From Deltaproteobacteria bacterium (lineage in GTDB: Bacteria > Myxococcota_A > UBA9160 > SMWR01), in assembly GCA_032128375.1 (NCBI GenBank), contig JAQBGU010000034.1, positions 1 through 64,000 of the forward strand: a DNA stretch of 64,000 nt. The letters are read 5' to 3'. Made by a program: the position numbers and the translations under genes. Positions 26,697 through 36,816 of the stretch are shown here, piece after piece (position 1 is the stretch's first letter; each line of letters starts with the position of its first letter). Below the pieces are notes generated by a model that ran no database searches, was not told the DNA's origin, and was given only the letters and a program-made list of their open reading frames with translations.

Positions 26697-27355
26697 GGCC
26701 GTGACCGCTCGACTCGAGCCGCCTGCGAGCTGCCGCGCGCCATCGCGTCGACGAGTGCGCGAGCCGCGCAGACTGGATCGTGGGCGGCCGCGATCGCCGA
26801 GATCACCGCGATCGCCGATGCTCCGGCGGCGGCGAGCTGTTCGGCGTGACTGCATTCGATGCCGCCAATCGCAACCACGGGCCGCGGCGCGCAACGCCGC
26901 ACGACCTCTGCGAGCATTTCAATACCGCGCGCTGGGTATGGCGAGTCCTTCGTGCGTGTGCCGAAGATCGGCCCGAAAGCGATGTAGTCGACAGGTTCGG
27001 ATTTCGCGGTGTCGACCTGCGTCATGGTATGGGTCGATCGGCCGATCGCCAGCCGGGTTCGCAAGTCGTTCGGAATCCGATCGGGCGCGATGTCGTCCTG
27101 CCCGAGGTGTACGCCGTCGGCCTCGGCCAGAAGCGCCAGGTCGAACCGATCGTTGATGAACAATCGCGCGCCGAAATCGCGGGTCAGGGCGCGGATCTCG
27201 ACCGCCCAGTCGAGTGCTACGCGGTCTGTCGCAAATTTGGTACGCAGCTGGATGGCCGATACCCCCCCCTCACAGGCTGCGCGGGCTTGCTCGACAGGGC
27301 GAAGCTTCCAGGCCGGGTTGTCATCGGCAAGCATCATCACGCCCCGCACCTTCAT
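26693..27355 (-). CDS. thiE: Thiamine-phosphate synthase
   Basis: IQLRTK, FINDR, GVHLGQDD, GRSTH, GPIFGTRTK, VAIGGI. Confidence 0.92.
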   Translation of the reverse strand: MKVRGVMMLADDNPAWKLRPVEQARAACEGGVSAIQLRTKFATDRVALDWAVEIRALTRDFGARLFINDRFDLALLAEADGVHLGQDDIAPDRIPNDLRTRLAIGRSTHTMTQVDTAKSEPVDYIAFGPIFGTRTKDSPYPARGIEMLAEVVRRCAPRPVVAIGGIECSHAEQLAAAGASAIAVISAIAAAHDPVCAARALVDAMARGSSQAARVERSRP

Positions 27356-28776
27356 TCTCGGCCCGGCACGGAGATGCCCAGCTCGAGGATCTTCTTGCGA
27401 AGTGTATTGCGATTGATGCCGAGCATCGCCGCTGCTCGAATCTGGTTTCCCTCGGTGTGTTCCAGCACGGCCTGGATTAGCGGTCGCTCGACTCGCTCCA
27501 GGATCGTGTGATAGATCTCGCCCGTCGCGTTCGCCGCCAGCGCGGCCCGTACGTCGCGTTCGATGAGCTTCGGAAGCTCGTCGTCCGTTTCGACTCTGCC
27601 GCGGGAATCGAGAAATACAAAGTCGTCGGCCACAAGTAACTCGCCGGTCGAAAGCACCAGCGCGCGCTTGATCGCGTTCTCCAGCTCCCGCACGTTGCCC
27701 GGCCAGCTATAGCCGGTCAGGAATTCGCTGGCGCTCTCGGAGAGAAACCGCGTAGCGTCTGCCAGCTCGTCGCAATATCGCGACAAGAAGTGCTCGGCCA
27801 GAACCACCACGTCCTCGGGATGTTCGCGCAGCGGGGGAATGTGCAACGGCATCACGCGCAGCCGATACAGCAGATCTTCTCGAAACGTCCCCTGTTCGAC
27901 CGCACCGTCGAGATCGCGGTGGGTGGCAGCGAGAATGCGGATATCGACAGACTGGGCGCGCGTCGAGCCGACAGGAGTCACCTCTCGGTTCTGCAGCACG
28001 CGCAGCAGTTTGGCCTGCAGGTCCGGCGACATGTCGCCGATTTCGTCCAGGAAAAGCGTCCCGCCCGATGCCTCCTGAAAGCGACCGACGCGCGACGCGA
28101 CTGCACCCGTAAACGAGCCGCGCTCGTGACCGAAGAGTTCGCTTTCGAGCAGGTCGCGCGGAATCGCGGCGGTGTTGACTGCAACGAACGCCCCCGTAGA
28201 CCGGGAGCTGGCAGCGTGGATCGCCTGTGCGACCAGATCCTTTCCGACGCCGCTCTCGCCGGTGATCAAAACCGAAACGTCGCGTCCGGAGACGCGTCCG
28301 ATGGTCTTGAATACCTCGAGCATTTGGGGGCTCTTGCCAACGATACGCTCGCCCGGGATGGTCTGCTTGCCCATGCGCCGACGCAGTTCACGCACCTCTT
28401 GTTCGAGGGCTCGCGTTCGAATCGCCTTTTGAGTGAGCGCCTTGACTTCGGCCATCCCAAACGGTTTGGTGAGATAGTCGAGGGCTCCTCGCTTCATCGC
28501 ATCGACGGCATTCTCGAAGGTGTTCTGGGCGGTCATGATCACGATCGCGGTCGACGCGCCGCTGGCCCGCACCTGGTCGAGCAGTTCGAGACCCGACGGA
28601 CCTGGCATCCGAATATCGAGAAACGCGATGTGAAACTTGCCAGAGGTGAGAAGCTCTAGCGCCGCATCGCCGTTGTCGGCTTCGACAACGCTGCAGCCTT
28701 CTTCTTCGAGGATTTCGCGCAATACGAACCGAATCGAATCTTCATCATCTGCGATGAGTACGTGTGCAGACGTCAT
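27352..28776 (-). CDS. ntrC: Sigma-54-dependent response regulator NtrC
   Basis: Receiver (ADDE, LDIRMP), GESGVGKD, ESELFGHERGSFTGA, WPGNVRELEN, GNQIRAAAMLGINRNTLRKKI; synteny with dusB-ntrB. Confidence 0.85.
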   Translation of the reverse strand: MTSAHVLIADDEDSIRFVLREILEEEGCSVVEADNGDAALELLTSGKFHIAFLDIRMPGPSGLELLDQVRASGASTAIVIMTAQNTFENAVDAMKRGALDYLTKPFGMAEVKALTQKAIRTRALEQEVRELRRRMGKQTIPGERIVGKSPQMLEVFKTIGRVSGRDVSVLITGESGVGKDLVAQAIHAASSRSTGAFVAVNTAAIPRDLLESELFGHERGSFTGAVASRVGRFQEASGGTLFLDEIGDMSPDLQAKLLRVLQNREVTPVGSTRAQSVDIRILAATHRDLDGAVEQGTFREDLLYRLRVMPLHIPPLREHPEDVVVLAEHFLSRYCDELADATRFLSESASEFLTGYSWPGNVRELENAIKRALVLSTGELLVADDFVFLDSRGRVETDDELPKLIERDVRAALAANATGEIYHTILERVERPLIQAVLEHTEGNQIRAAAMLGINRNTLRKKILELGISVPGRE

Positions 28777-29843
28777 GTCGAGATCGGCAGCGCGACGAAG
28801 ACGGTTGTGCCGAGTCCGGGCGTGCTTTCGATGCGCAGCGTGCCTTCGTGGCGAGCGACCCAATGCCGGGACACCGCGAGTCCCAGGCCAGTACCGCCGA
28901 TCCGCGTGGTGAAAAACGGGGTAGCCAACTTTTCGAGCGTCGAGGCGCCGATTCCTGGGCCGTTGTCGGTGAGTTTGACCAACAATGTGGGAAGGTGGCG
29001 ACCGTCTTTCGAAGACAACCGATGATCGAGAGTCATCCGCGTCGAGATCACCAACGCTCCCTTGTCGCCATCCATTGCCTGCAGTGCATTGCGCGTCAGA
29101 TTGAGGAACACCTGCACGAGGCGATCGAAGTCTCCGGCAAACTCGGGAATCGAGGGGTCGAATTCGCGACTGACCGCGACCTGGCGACCGATCGGGTCGA
29201 GAAGGGCGAGGGCCAGTACATCGTCGAGCACGCGGTGAATGTTCACGGGTGCCAGACGCAGTTCGTCTCCTTTGGTGAAGACCATGAAGTCATCGACGAG
29301 CAGCGCGATCCGGTCGACTTCGCGCACGATCAGGTCTGCGGCGCGCTTGGACTTGTCATCCGAGGCTCTGGACAACAGGATCTCCGCGGCTCCGCGAATC
29401 CCGCCCAGTGGGTTTTTGACTTCGTGCGCAATCCCGGCAGCGATCCGCCCGAATGACGAAAGGGCTTCGCGCTGATTGACGATTTCTCGCTGGTTGTTCT
29501 GGATGGTGCAATCGCGAAGCATCAGCACGACACCGTTTACACTGAGGCCTTCCATCAGCGGCGCCGCTTCGACATCGACGATGAGGTCGGGTTCCAGTTT
29601 CCGCTCGATCGGCTGCTCGCGCTGGATGGCCGGGCGACCGCTCGCCAATACGATACGTGACAGCTTCGAGATCGAGTGCTCGCTGCCGATCACGTCTTCC
29701 ATCGGGAGCCCGACCGCTGCTTGGAGCGAGGTTTCTAGAATTCGGCAGGCCTCCGGATTCAAGAATTCGATTTCGCCGTTGACGTCGAGCAACACGACAG
29801 CATCGAGCACAGCATCGAGCAGGCTCTCGATGTTGTGCAGCAC
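28773..29843 (-). CDS. ntrB: PAS histidine kinase NtrB
   Basis: PAS domain, AHEVKNPLGGIRGAAE, QVFLNL, DNGPG, GTGLGL. Confidence 0.85.
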   Translation of the reverse strand: MLHNIESLLDAVLDAVVLLDVNGEIEFLNPEACRILETSLQAAVGLPMEDVIGSEHSISKLSRIVLASGRPAIQREQPIERKLEPDLIVDVEAAPLMEGLSVNGVVLMLRDCTIQNNQREIVNQREALSSFGRIAAGIAHEVKNPLGGIRGAAEILLSRASDDKSKRAADLIVREVDRIALLVDDFMVFTKGDELRLAPVNIHRVLDDVLALALLDPIGRQVAVSREFDPSIPEFAGDFDRLVQVFLNLTRNALQAMDGDKGALVISTRMTLDHRLSSKDGRHLPTLLVKLTDNGPGIGASTLEKLATPFFTTRIGGTGLGLAVSRHWVARHEGTLRIESTPGLGTTVFVALPIST

Positions 29844-29844
29844 C

Positions 29845-30915
29845 TCAGGCGGCCCGCCCCTCGCTGGGGTGTCCCGCTTCGTCGGGGGACACTTCTTCGC
29901 AGGTCACTTCCTCATAGGATGAGAAGAAGCTTCGGGCGAGTGCGAGAATTTCGTCGACGTCGTTTGATTCGAGCGTGCGTTGTCGAAACAGCGCGCTGCC
30001 GTGCAGGCCTTTGGAGTAGGAGAAAAGGTATTTCTTGAGGTTGGTCGCAAGGGGGCGCGGATCGTCGAACGCCTTCACGATCCAGCCGACGTGGCGTTCG
30101 ATGGTCGCGAATCGATCTTCACGGCTGGGGCGAGCAGGAGAGCTGCCCTGTGCCAAAGCCAGGGTTTGCTCGAAGATCCACGGGTTTCCCATCGCTCCCC
30201 GGCCGATCATCACACCTGCTGCGCCGGTGTCGCGCAACATGTCGAAAACGTCGACCGGTCCCAGAATGTCACCGTTGGCGAGGACGGGAACTTCGGGTAC
30301 GGCTTCCACAACCCGACGGATGACGTCGCGGTCGGCCCGGCCCGTGTACTGCTGAACGCGGGTGCGACCGTGAACAGAGAGGAGTTCAGCCCCCTCGGCA
30401 GCCGCGATCTTTGCGAACTGGGGTGCGGTGATGTTCTCTGCGTCCCATCCGGTCCGCATCTTGACCGACAACGTGCCGCGAAAGCCGCGGCGCATCTCGC
30501 GTACGATTGCGGCGGCGCGGGGCAAATCGCGCAACAGCGACGATCCCGCCCGATTCTTGATGAACTTCTTGACCGGGCAGCCGACATTGAGATCGACCCA
30601 GGCGGCTCCTTCGCCATCGAGGTACCGGCACGCCTCGCCGAGAATCTCCGGATCCGAACCGAACAATTGGAAAGCGACCGGTGCTTCGCGTGGGCTGGTT
30701 TCGAGTAGCTTTCGGGTCTTGTGGCCACCCATCACGAGGCCCTTCGCGCTGACGGTCTCGGTGAACGTCAAAGCAGCCCCCGCTTCTTTCGAGATCAGCC
30801 GAAACGGCAAAGTCGACACACCGGCCATCGGCGCGAGCACGAGATTGTTTTCGAGGGTCAGCTCTCGCAGCTCGATGCGGCGGATCAAGCTGGGATCGAT
30901 CTGGGCCTCAGTCAC
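29845..30915 (-). CDS. dusB: tRNA-dihydrouridine synthase B (NifR3)
   Basis: LAPMAG, QLFGSDP, DLNVGCP, VKMRTGW, VHGRT, NGDI, MIGRGAMGNPW; start uncertain (30915 or 31005). Confidence 0.92.
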   Translation of the reverse strand: MTEAQIDPSLIRRIELRELTLENNLVLAPMAGVSTLPFRLISKEAGAALTFTETVSAKGLVMGGHKTRKLLETSPREAPVAFQLFGSDPEILGEACRYLDGEGAAWVDLNVGCPVKKFIKNRAGSSLLRDLPRAAAIVREMRRGFRGTLSVKMRTGWDAENITAPQFAKIAAAEGAELLSVHGRTRVQQYTGRADRDVIRRVVEAVPEVPVLANGDILGPVDVFDMLRDTGAAGVMIGRGAMGNPWIFEQTLALAQGSSPARPSREDRFATIERHVGWIVKAFDDPRPLATNLKKYLFSYSKGLHGSALFRQRTLESNDVDEILALARSFFSSYEEVTCEEVSPDEAGHPSEGRAA

Positions 30916-31058
30916 GAGAAACTCCCGGGGAAGGTTGGAGACGCGGGTTCGATTTTCGATTTCGACCGATTTTCGACAAGCCCGAAGGCGGTGCAACGCT
31001 AACAAGACGAATCGAAGCGGGAGCCCGCCGCGCGTTCCGATTCGCGGTGGCTCCGAGC

Positions 31059-31075
31059 TGCCTAATAATTGTGCA
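31059..31075. promoter_or_regulatory. Candidate NtrC binding site TGCCTAATAATTGTGCA
   Basis: 17-bp TGC-N11-GCA with AT-rich core, upstream of dusB-ntrB-ntrC. Confidence 0.6.
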
Positions 31076-31242
31076 GATTAGCGAGAGAAGCAGAGGGAGT
31101 CGAGCCGGAGTGGGTATCCCGACCCCTCCCCCGCGGGCAGAAAATCGAATGCCACGAAGCAATCCCACCGAATCGACAATGAACACCCAGAACGCCCAGA
31201 AAGGGTGGAGAGTTCGCCAGTGCGGGCAGTAACCTCGCGGCA

Positions 31243-32499
31243 GTGAAGACCGGACTGACACCCGCTGCAGCGCTCGAGATCGTCCTTGGCGAGGCGACAC
31301 CGCTGGGCTCGGAGACCGTAGCCGCGGAGCGTGCTCTGGGCCGCGTGCTGACCGATGCGGTGACCTCGGGTCGGCAACTTCCACCCTCTGACAATTCGGC
31401 GATGGACGGCTACGCGGTTCGGATCGGCGACCTCGCGGCTGCGTCGCGCCAGCATCCGGTCGTTCTCGAGGTGGCGTTCGAGGTCGCGGCTGGCGCGTTG
31501 CCCGAATCATCCGTGGGGTCGGGTATGGCTGCGCGGATCTTCACGGGTGCAGCGATTCCCGAGGGCGCTGATGCGGTCGTCCGCCAGGAGGACACCGAGC
31601 GCAACGACGACCGGGTTTCGATCTTCGTGTCACCGTCCGCCAGAGAGCATATCCGCGACGCCGGAGAGGACGTTCGCATTGGCGATCGGGTGCTCGATGC
31701 TGGCGCAGTCATCGGTCCTGCTGAGATCGGGATGCTGGCGGCGCTCGGGCGCAGCGTTGTCGCGGTTCATCAAAGGCCGGTTGTTGCGATTCTCTCAGGC
31801 GGCGATGAACTCGTCGAGCCCGATGGCGACATTGCCGGTGGGCGGATTGTCTCGTCGAATTCGTATTCGATAGCCGCTCAGTGTCGCGACGCGGGTGCCG
31901 AGCCCGTCTATCTCGGGATTGCTCGCGACACTCCGGATGATATCCAACGCCGGATGCTTGCCGGCCTGCGATCCGACGTCCTGATCAGCTCCGCTGGTGT
32001 GTCGGTCGGCGATCGAGATTACGTGCGCGGGGTGCTGGAGAAGCTCGGCTGCACACTGCGTTTCTGGGGCGTCAAGATGAAGCCCGGATTCCCGTTGGCG
32101 TTCGGCCGGTTCGATGCTGCGGGGGGGCCGCTCCTGTTCGGACTGCCCGGAAACCCCGTGTCGGCCATGGTGACGTTCGAACAATTCGTGCGGCCCGCAC
32201 TTCGCAAGATGACGGGACATCGCAGGTTGTTTCGGCCGACGGTCCGCGCGCGACTGGTCGAGCGGCTCGAGAAAATGCCCGGTCGGCTGCACTTCGTTCG
32301 AGTGGACCTCGAAAGTGACGGCAACGAGTACACCGCGCGCAGCACCGGCAACCAGAGTTCGGGCGTACTGCGATCGATGAGCCGCGCGCGAGGCTTGCTG
32401 GTGTTTCCCGCCGACGCCGCTGAGTTGCAAGAAGGAGACTATGCAACGGTCCAAGTACTCGACGCAGACTTCTTCGAAACGGCCGCTCCCGCTTTCTAG
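31243..32499 (+). CDS. moeA: Molybdopterin molybdenumtransferase
   Basis: PPSDNSAMDGYAV, RIFTGAAIPEGADAVV, GDEL, GVSVGDRD, GLPGNPVS, GNQSSG. Confidence 0.95.
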   Translation: MKTGLTPAAALEIVLGEATPLGSETVAAERALGRVLTDAVTSGRQLPPSDNSAMDGYAVRIGDLAAASRQHPVVLEVAFEVAAGALPESSVGSGMAARIFTGAAIPEGADAVVRQEDTERNDDRVSIFVSPSAREHIRDAGEDVRIGDRVLDAGAVIGPAEIGMLAALGRSVVAVHQRPVVAILSGGDELVEPDGDIAGGRIVSSNSYSIAAQCRDAGAEPVYLGIARDTPDDIQRRMLAGLRSDVLISSAGVSVGDRDYVRGVLEKLGCTLRFWGVKMKPGFPLAFGRFDAAGGPLLFGLPGNPVSAMVTFEQFVRPALRKMTGHRRLFRPTVRARLVERLEKMPGRLHFVRVDLESDGNEYTARSTGNQSSGVLRSMSRARGLLVFPADAAELQEGDYATVQVLDADFFETAAPAF

Positions 32500-32589
32500 C
32501 CGGGTACGGAACGACTTCGAAGGTCCGTGATCGGCTACGGGAACAGCTTTGCGCAGCGTGTTCGACCTGCAGCGGTCGGTAGCGGATGG

Positions 32590-33930
32590 TCAGGAGCGTC
32601 GACGCGTCGCACGATCGAGCCGCGCGAGGGCGCGCCCGATCAAATCCGGGTTTGGCGCATCGGTGCCGGGGTCGAAACGCGACCGCTCCAGAGTCTCGAG
32701 CAGCTCGGCAGCTTCGCTCACCTGATCCGATTGAACATCCGATTGAACATCCGACCCCAATGCATGGCCCGCTCCGGGGCTGGCTCGAGAGCCGAGCGTT
32801 TCACCGGAGTGCTTACCCGCCTTGTGGTCATAGTGAGAGGCCAGTGCCGCCCGGAGCGCCCGCACCAGTTCTCTGGCGTCGCGATCGGGGTCACCCGTCA
32901 CCATGGGAGGCGCGCGTGAGTTGTGCCGGGGCGTGCGTCGCCATCGCCACAACGCGATTCCCGCCGCGACTGCGAAGCTGAGTGCCAGCATCGGAATCAG
33001 TCGGGACGCAGAGTTTTCGATTGGCCCATTCGCGACACGACGAGAAAATTGGGGCTCAGGCGCCGAATCGGCTGACGTCTGTCTCGGTGACACATCGACC
33101 TCGAAACTCGGAGAACGAGCGACGAGATAGCGTGCTTCCATCGGGTCGAAATAACTCAGCCGGACAGGGGGAATTGCGAAAGGTCCGGTGCCTCGGGGGA
33201 CTACGTCGTACCGGAAAATTTTCTGGACACTGAGCCGGCTGCCGGGTCGGAGTTCGAGCTGCGGCTTTCGCGCGAAGACGTCGGCTTCAATCGGAGTCCA
33301 TCGCGCCAGTCGATCACCGACATCCCACAGATTCCCCATGCCCCGGATCGACACCGTGATATGTAGGGTCCCGCCCGATTCGAGTCGATCCGGATCCACG
33401 TGCGTCTGCAGTACGAGTGGCCCGACCACACCCGCGAAGTCTTCTGGCCGATCCAATTCTGGAATGGGTAGAACGTTCAATGTGACTGACGGAACCGGAG
33501 TTTCGAAGATCAGGCCGTTGTCGAGTTTGCACAGGAGGCCCGCAGTCGCAATGGGCAGCCCGCCAGCCCGTTCGGCAAACAGCGCTCGTTGCTCCTCTCT
33601 GGTGGAGTATCGGGACCATGCGTCGTTTTCCGCTTCGGGCGGCACTCCTCGTGGCACTCCTCTCGGTACTCCTCTCGGTACTCCTCTCGGTACTACAGGC
33701 AAGCCTGGCAGCCGCTCGGTGCGCATGTTCGCGAATGCGGGTGTGTCGACCCACGAGATTTCTGCGACGTCGTCACGGCTATCGATTTGTACTTTCCACA
33801 CCACTTGCTGGCCGACTACCGCCGACGTGGGCTCGAGCTGGGCACGGGCGACACAGGGTGGAGTCGAAGCCGCTGCGGAAGCGCAATTGAGAAACACTGC
33901 AAACGCCGCCCAAGCGCTGCGCTGACTCAC
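32590..33930 (-). CDS. BatD-like exported protein with C-terminal TM anchor
   Basis: Signal peptide; RPEDFAGVVG, IRGMGNL, IPPVRLSYFDP; last gene of the MoxR/Bat cluster. Confidence 0.72.
   Translation of the reverse strand: MSQRSAWAAFAVFLNCASAAASTPPCVARAQLEPTSAVVGQQVVWKVQIDSRDDVAEISWVDTPAFANMRTERLPGLPVVPRGVPRGVPRGVPRGVPPEAENDAWSRYSTREEQRALFAERAGGLPIATAGLLCKLDNGLIFETPVPSVTLNVLPIPELDRPEDFAGVVGPLVLQTHVDPDRLESGGTLHITVSIRGMGNLWDVGDRLARWTPIEADVFARKPQLELRPGSRLSVQKIFRYDVVPRGTGPFAIPPVRLSYFDPMEARYLVARSPSFEVDVSPRQTSADSAPEPQFSRRVANGPIENSASRLIPMLALSFAVAAGIALWRWRRTPRHNSRAPPMVTGDPDRDARELVRALRAALASHYDHKAGKHSGETLGSRASPGAGHALGSDVQSDVQSDQVSEAAELLETLERSRFDPGTDAPNPDLIGRALARLDRATRRRS
33641..33694. repeat. In-frame 12-bp tandem repeat x4.5 (encodes VPRG repeats)
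   Basis: GG(C/T)ACTCCTCTC units read directly. Confidence 0.9.
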
Positions 33931-35654
33931 CAGACGGCGCCCGCAGGTTTGTCGTAGGGGTCTGTGTCGGAGCGCGCTGCAGCCCGAATCGAACGCTCGA
34001 GGTCATCAGTGACGCGCGCCAGCGACCGCAGCAGCAGCTGCTCGCTCAATTCCGGGGGTAGCGGGTCTCTTGTGTTTGGTTCGGAGTTCTGTTCCGCGCC
34101 AGGCCGTGGCTCGGGCTCGCTTTGCGAAGCTGCCGCGGGTTCGTTGCGATCGGTCTCGTCTGGATCGTTCGGCTTTGGTTTCGAGTCGGAATCCGGCCCG
34201 GGCTTCTCGTCGGGTCGCGTGTCCTCGGGTGGAAATTGGATCAGCGCAGCCAATGTCCACTCCAGATTGAAGCGCGCTTGGTCGTCGGAAGGATTGAACG
34301 CCAGCGCGTCGAAGAAAGCATCTCGCGCAGCTTCGAGGTCGCCGGTTTCGAGACGAGCGACACCCAACCCATAGTGGCTATCAGCAGCGATCCGAGCATC
34401 GGTCGCGTATAGCGCCGCTGCGGAAAACGCGTTCGCGGCGGCTGCGGGGTCCCCGTGGGCGAACCGGGAATGCCCCAGTGCGATCAGCGCGCGGGCGTTG
34501 TGCGGTTCCCGACGAACCCACGGCTCGACTGCCGATGGCGGGGGGATTTGCGTCGTGCTGTCGGTGGTGGCGTCGGAGATGGTGTCGGCGAGGGGCGATT
34601 CGAACTTTCCGGGTGCTGCACCGATGAGAATGACGACCAGCGCCAGCCCGGCAGCGCTGCCCGCGCGGTGTCCGAAGGCAAATCGGACCCGCGGCATGCC
34701 CTCGGCGAGCAGCAAGAAAAACGCGAGCGCGGCAAATGGGGCCACACGGATAGCCTGGACGCTGCGGACGATCCGCGCGCCGCCAACCCGACCCGCATCG
34801 CGACGGACTTCTGCCGCGACTGCGTCGAAATCGAACATACCCCAGGGGTCGGCTAGAAAAACCGCACCCGAGGTCGCATTGGCCAGACGCGCGAGCCGGT
34901 CGCTGTGGCGTCGCGTGACAATGACACGGCCAAAACGATCGCGCAGCCGCACATCGGAAGCGGGGATCGCCGAACCGAGTTCGGTGCCGAGGGCGATCGC
35001 AATGACCCGCGATTGCGCGCCGAGTGCTTCGACAATTCCCAGCTGGTTCGCGTTGTTCGGATCCTCGCCGTCGCTGGCGACTACGATCACGCGCGGTCGG
35101 TCGCTGCCGGCTTCGAATGCTTCCACCGCCGCCTGAATTCCCGCTGCTAGATTAGAGCTGGACGGGCGAATCAAGTCCGTATCGAGTGCCGCGATCCACT
35201 CGACCAGCGCGAAACGGTCTGGCGTCAACGGGGCCAATAGGACGCCGTGTCCCGCGAATGCGGCGAGTGCGACGCGGTCGGTCGGCTCTAGCCGCCCCAG
35301 TAGCTCCCCGACTCCACGGCGGGCCCGGTCGAGGCGGTTCGGCGGTGTGTCCTGTGCGTCCATGCTTCGAGATACATCGATGACCAGCACCAGATCGACG
35401 CCGTTTGCGCTGGCTTCGATCAAACGCTCGCCGATACGCGGTCCCATGAGAGCGATTCCGATCGCGACGAGTGCGATCCAAAGCGCCCAATCGCTGGTCC
35501 ACTTTCGCGGGGTCGGGCCTCTTTGTGTTCCCATCAGCAACCGGCGTCGGCGCCGGGCGCGCCAAGCCGCGAACGCCAGACAGAGTCCGACCGTGCACAG
35601 CGTCCAGATCGCGGCACCGAACCATTCCGGGTGTGCGAGCTGTGCGACCGTCAA
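33927..35654 (-). CDS. VWA + TPR protein (BatB/BatC-like fusion)
   Basis: N-terminal TMs, MIDAS DVSRSM, PLTPD, SDGED; TPRs ending ARFNLE; acidic Pro-rich tail. Confidence 0.82.
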   Translation of the reverse strand: MTVAQLAHPEWFGAAIWTLCTVGLCLAFAAWRARRRRRLLMGTQRGPTPRKWTSDWALWIALVAIGIALMGPRIGERLIEASANGVDLVLVIDVSRSMDAQDTPPNRLDRARRGVGELLGRLEPTDRVALAAFAGHGVLLAPLTPDRFALVEWIAALDTDLIRPSSSNLAAGIQAAVEAFEAGSDRPRVIVVASDGEDPNNANQLGIVEALGAQSRVIAIALGTELGSAIPASDVRLRDRFGRVIVTRRHSDRLARLANATSGAVFLADPWGMFDFDAVAAEVRRDAGRVGGARIVRSVQAIRVAPFAALAFFLLLAEGMPRVRFAFGHRAGSAAGLALVVILIGAAPGKFESPLADTISDATTDSTTQIPPPSAVEPWVRREPHNARALIALGHSRFAHGDPAAAANAFSAAALYATDARIAADSHYGLGVARLETGDLEAARDAFFDALAFNPSDDQARFNLEWTLAALIQFPPEDTRPDEKPGPDSDSKPKPNDPDETDRNEPAAASQSEPEPRPGAEQNSEPNTRDPLPPELSEQLLLRSLARVTDDLERSIRAAARSDTDPYDKPAGAVW

Positions 35655-35709
35655 TGGGCGGTCGCGTTCTTGAATGCGCGAGCCGTCCGCGAAATTTTCG
35701 CGTTCCCGG

Positions 35710-36816
35710 TCAAGAGATTCGCCGGCGGAACACGCGCGCAGCCGCGATTTCTGCGATCAACAAGCTCCCGGCCAGCGCCAACAGCGGCTCGGGGCGGTCA
35801 GATTGGTGGATGCGCGGTGGAAGCGGCCTCGCGATGCGCTCGAGAGCATCGATTTCTCGGTAGACCGCGTCGAGATCCTTCGATGTGCGAGCCGCAAAAT
35901 ACCGGCCGCCGGTGGCCTCGGCGATGAGACGCAGCGCATCGGTGTCGACGTCGACTCGTTCGAATTGGGTGCCGCCATGGGGAAGTCCATCGGCTGGCGC
36001 CATGGCAACCTCGGCTCCGACCGATCCGATCCCTACCGTGTGGATTCGGATCCCCTGAGAAGCGGCCACCGCGGTTGCCAACTCGACCGAAAGCGCCCCC
36101 GCGTTGTTCCTGCCGTCGGTCAGCAGTACTACGAGCCGCCCGGCGATTCTCTCTATCGAGCGGTCGGCAGCGGCTGACGCCAAGCCAGCAGCCGTGGTGT
36201 CGCTCGCGAAGGTCGATGCGCCCAGCGCGCGTTTGACTGCCAGCGCCAGCGCGTCACCGATCGCGGTCGCCTCACCCGCGACACCGGCTTCCACACGGCC
36301 GAGGGCTTCGGACAGCAAGCGTCCATCGCTGGTCAGCGGACATTGGGTGAAAGCAGATTCGCCAAACACGACCAGTGCGACGCGGTCGCCGTCAGAAGCT
36401 CGGTGTTCGGCGAAACGCGCAACCACCTCGCGCGCCAGCGCAATGCGGGTTCGATTCTCGCCACGTTGCTCCGCGTCGAGCGCACGCATGCTTCCCGACG
36501 CGTCGAGTGCCAGCACGAGGTCGAGTCCGTAGCCGGGTTCTGGCGGAAGCTGGTGCAGCCCGACCGGACCCGCGAGCACGCCCAGAAGAGCCAGTACGCA
36601 CGCAGCGCGCAACAACGCGGACATGTGTGCGACGAAATCGAAGCGACGTCCACCGGCGATTCGAATTTGTGCGATCGCCGACCAACCGAGCGACGCAGGC
36701 CGCGTTTTTGTTGCGACGACCCAGGCTGCGGCCGCCGGAAGCGCCAACAGCAACCACAATGGCTGCTCGAATCGGTCGATGCCGACGGCCGCCAGGACGG
36801 AGAGGGCTTGCGTCAC
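35710..36816 (-). CDS. VWA domain membrane protein (BatA-like)
   Basis: FEQPLWLLL, MIDAS DASGSM, TQCPLTSD, TAIGDAL, LLTDGRNNAG, IHTVGIG; GTGA overlap gives start 36816. Confidence 0.85.
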   Translation of the reverse strand: MTQALSVLAAVGIDRFEQPLWLLLALPAAAAWVVATKTRPASLGWSAIAQIRIAGGRRFDFVAHMSALLRAACVLALLGVLAGPVGLHQLPPEPGYGLDLVLALDASGSMRALDAEQRGENRTRIALAREVVARFAEHRASDGDRVALVVFGESAFTQCPLTSDGRLLSEALGRVEAGVAGEATAIGDALALAVKRALGASTFASDTTAAGLASAAADRSIERIAGRLVVLLTDGRNNAGALSVELATAVAASQGIRIHTVGIGSVGAEVAMAPADGLPHGGTQFERVDVDTDALRLIAEATGGRYFAARTSKDLDAVYREIDALERIARPLPPRIHQSDRPEPLLALAGSLLIAEIAAARVFRRRIS

